Of a stretch of DNA of 64,000 nt, positions 63,451-64,000 are shown piece after piece. Position 1 is the stretch's first letter, and each line of letters opens with the position of its first letter. The position numbers were made by a program, and so were the translations under genes. Below the pieces are notes generated by a model. The model did not search any database. It had not been told where the DNA came from and worked only from the letters and a program-made list of their open reading frames with translations. Source of the DNA: Takakia lepidozioides (Eukaryota > Plantae > Bryophyta); the NCBI GenBank assembly GCA_030704615.1, contig CM060731.1, positions 58,280,001 to 58,344,000 on the forward strand, given 5' to 3'.

Positions 63451-64000
63451 TAGGAATGTTAAAAACGGCAGGGTTTTCATGGCTTCAAGTTCCCGGCTCG
63501 ATGGTGTGCATAAATTACTTGTAGGGTTCTTCACTGAAGTTTGCGTCTCTTCTGCTTTTATTATAGATTTTGGTTGGCGGAAGAAATGTAGGGAATGGAC
63601 AAGCAGTCTGAACACAATGATTTTTCAAATCGTCAATATTTTCATTAAGTGTTTCAGAACTGTACAACAAAAGGATCCAAATGAGACTTTGCTATGGTGA
63701 GGATCCGCTATCACTGTCCGATGCATCCCCGCCCTCATGCAAGGATGGCTGCCTTCCACCTGCCTCCGAACCTGCACTGCCGCTACCGCTGTTACTCTGA
63801 GAAGCCCTCCCCTCAAAAATACCATCCTCACCAGCCGGAACTGTCCACCTGGGTGCGGAAGTGTCCTCGACATTCCCCTCGCTCTCGGACGCGGATTCTA
63901 TTACGAACTTCCCTACTCTGCCTTTCACAATTCTATGTTTGGCCTCACGCCTCATTATAATTCTCTGCTCATTCCCGTATGTCAATTGCTCTAACCGAGT

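Overview
Repeat-rich nuclear DNA from a land plant; the retroelement types hint at a non-seed plant, but the species cannot be called. Host genes: a decayed PPR-DYW gene end (1-962), an intact two-exon BAHD acyltransferase (+, 5099-6693), a four-exon MES/SABP2-like methylesterase (+, 12963-32440) with one premature stop, an intact three-exon KAI2 receptor (-, 35233-36774) and a ~12-exon CDKC kinase (-, ~39535-45205). The main discovery is an ~18-kb CMC/En-Spm (CACTA-superfamily) DNA transposon (13267-31243) inside MES intron 1. It has imperfect ACA..TGT inverted termini and a TCC target duplication, and encodes a ~1070-codon transposase with a BAH-like tail. It also has a probable second gene and carries captured host fragments (ARK kinesin, NDUFAF5-like, SAC51-like). 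An inverted MES pseudo-paralogue (~1500-4150) preserves the empty insertion site. Also present: a Copia element nested in a LINE and then rearranged by two inversions, microsatellite-targeted LINE insertions, a Gypsy with a PHD-finger integrase, a Gypsy with a large 3' extra ORF, two arrays of regularly spaced 18-bp palindromes and a 500-N gap. All family assignments come from motif recognition by eye; no searches were run.
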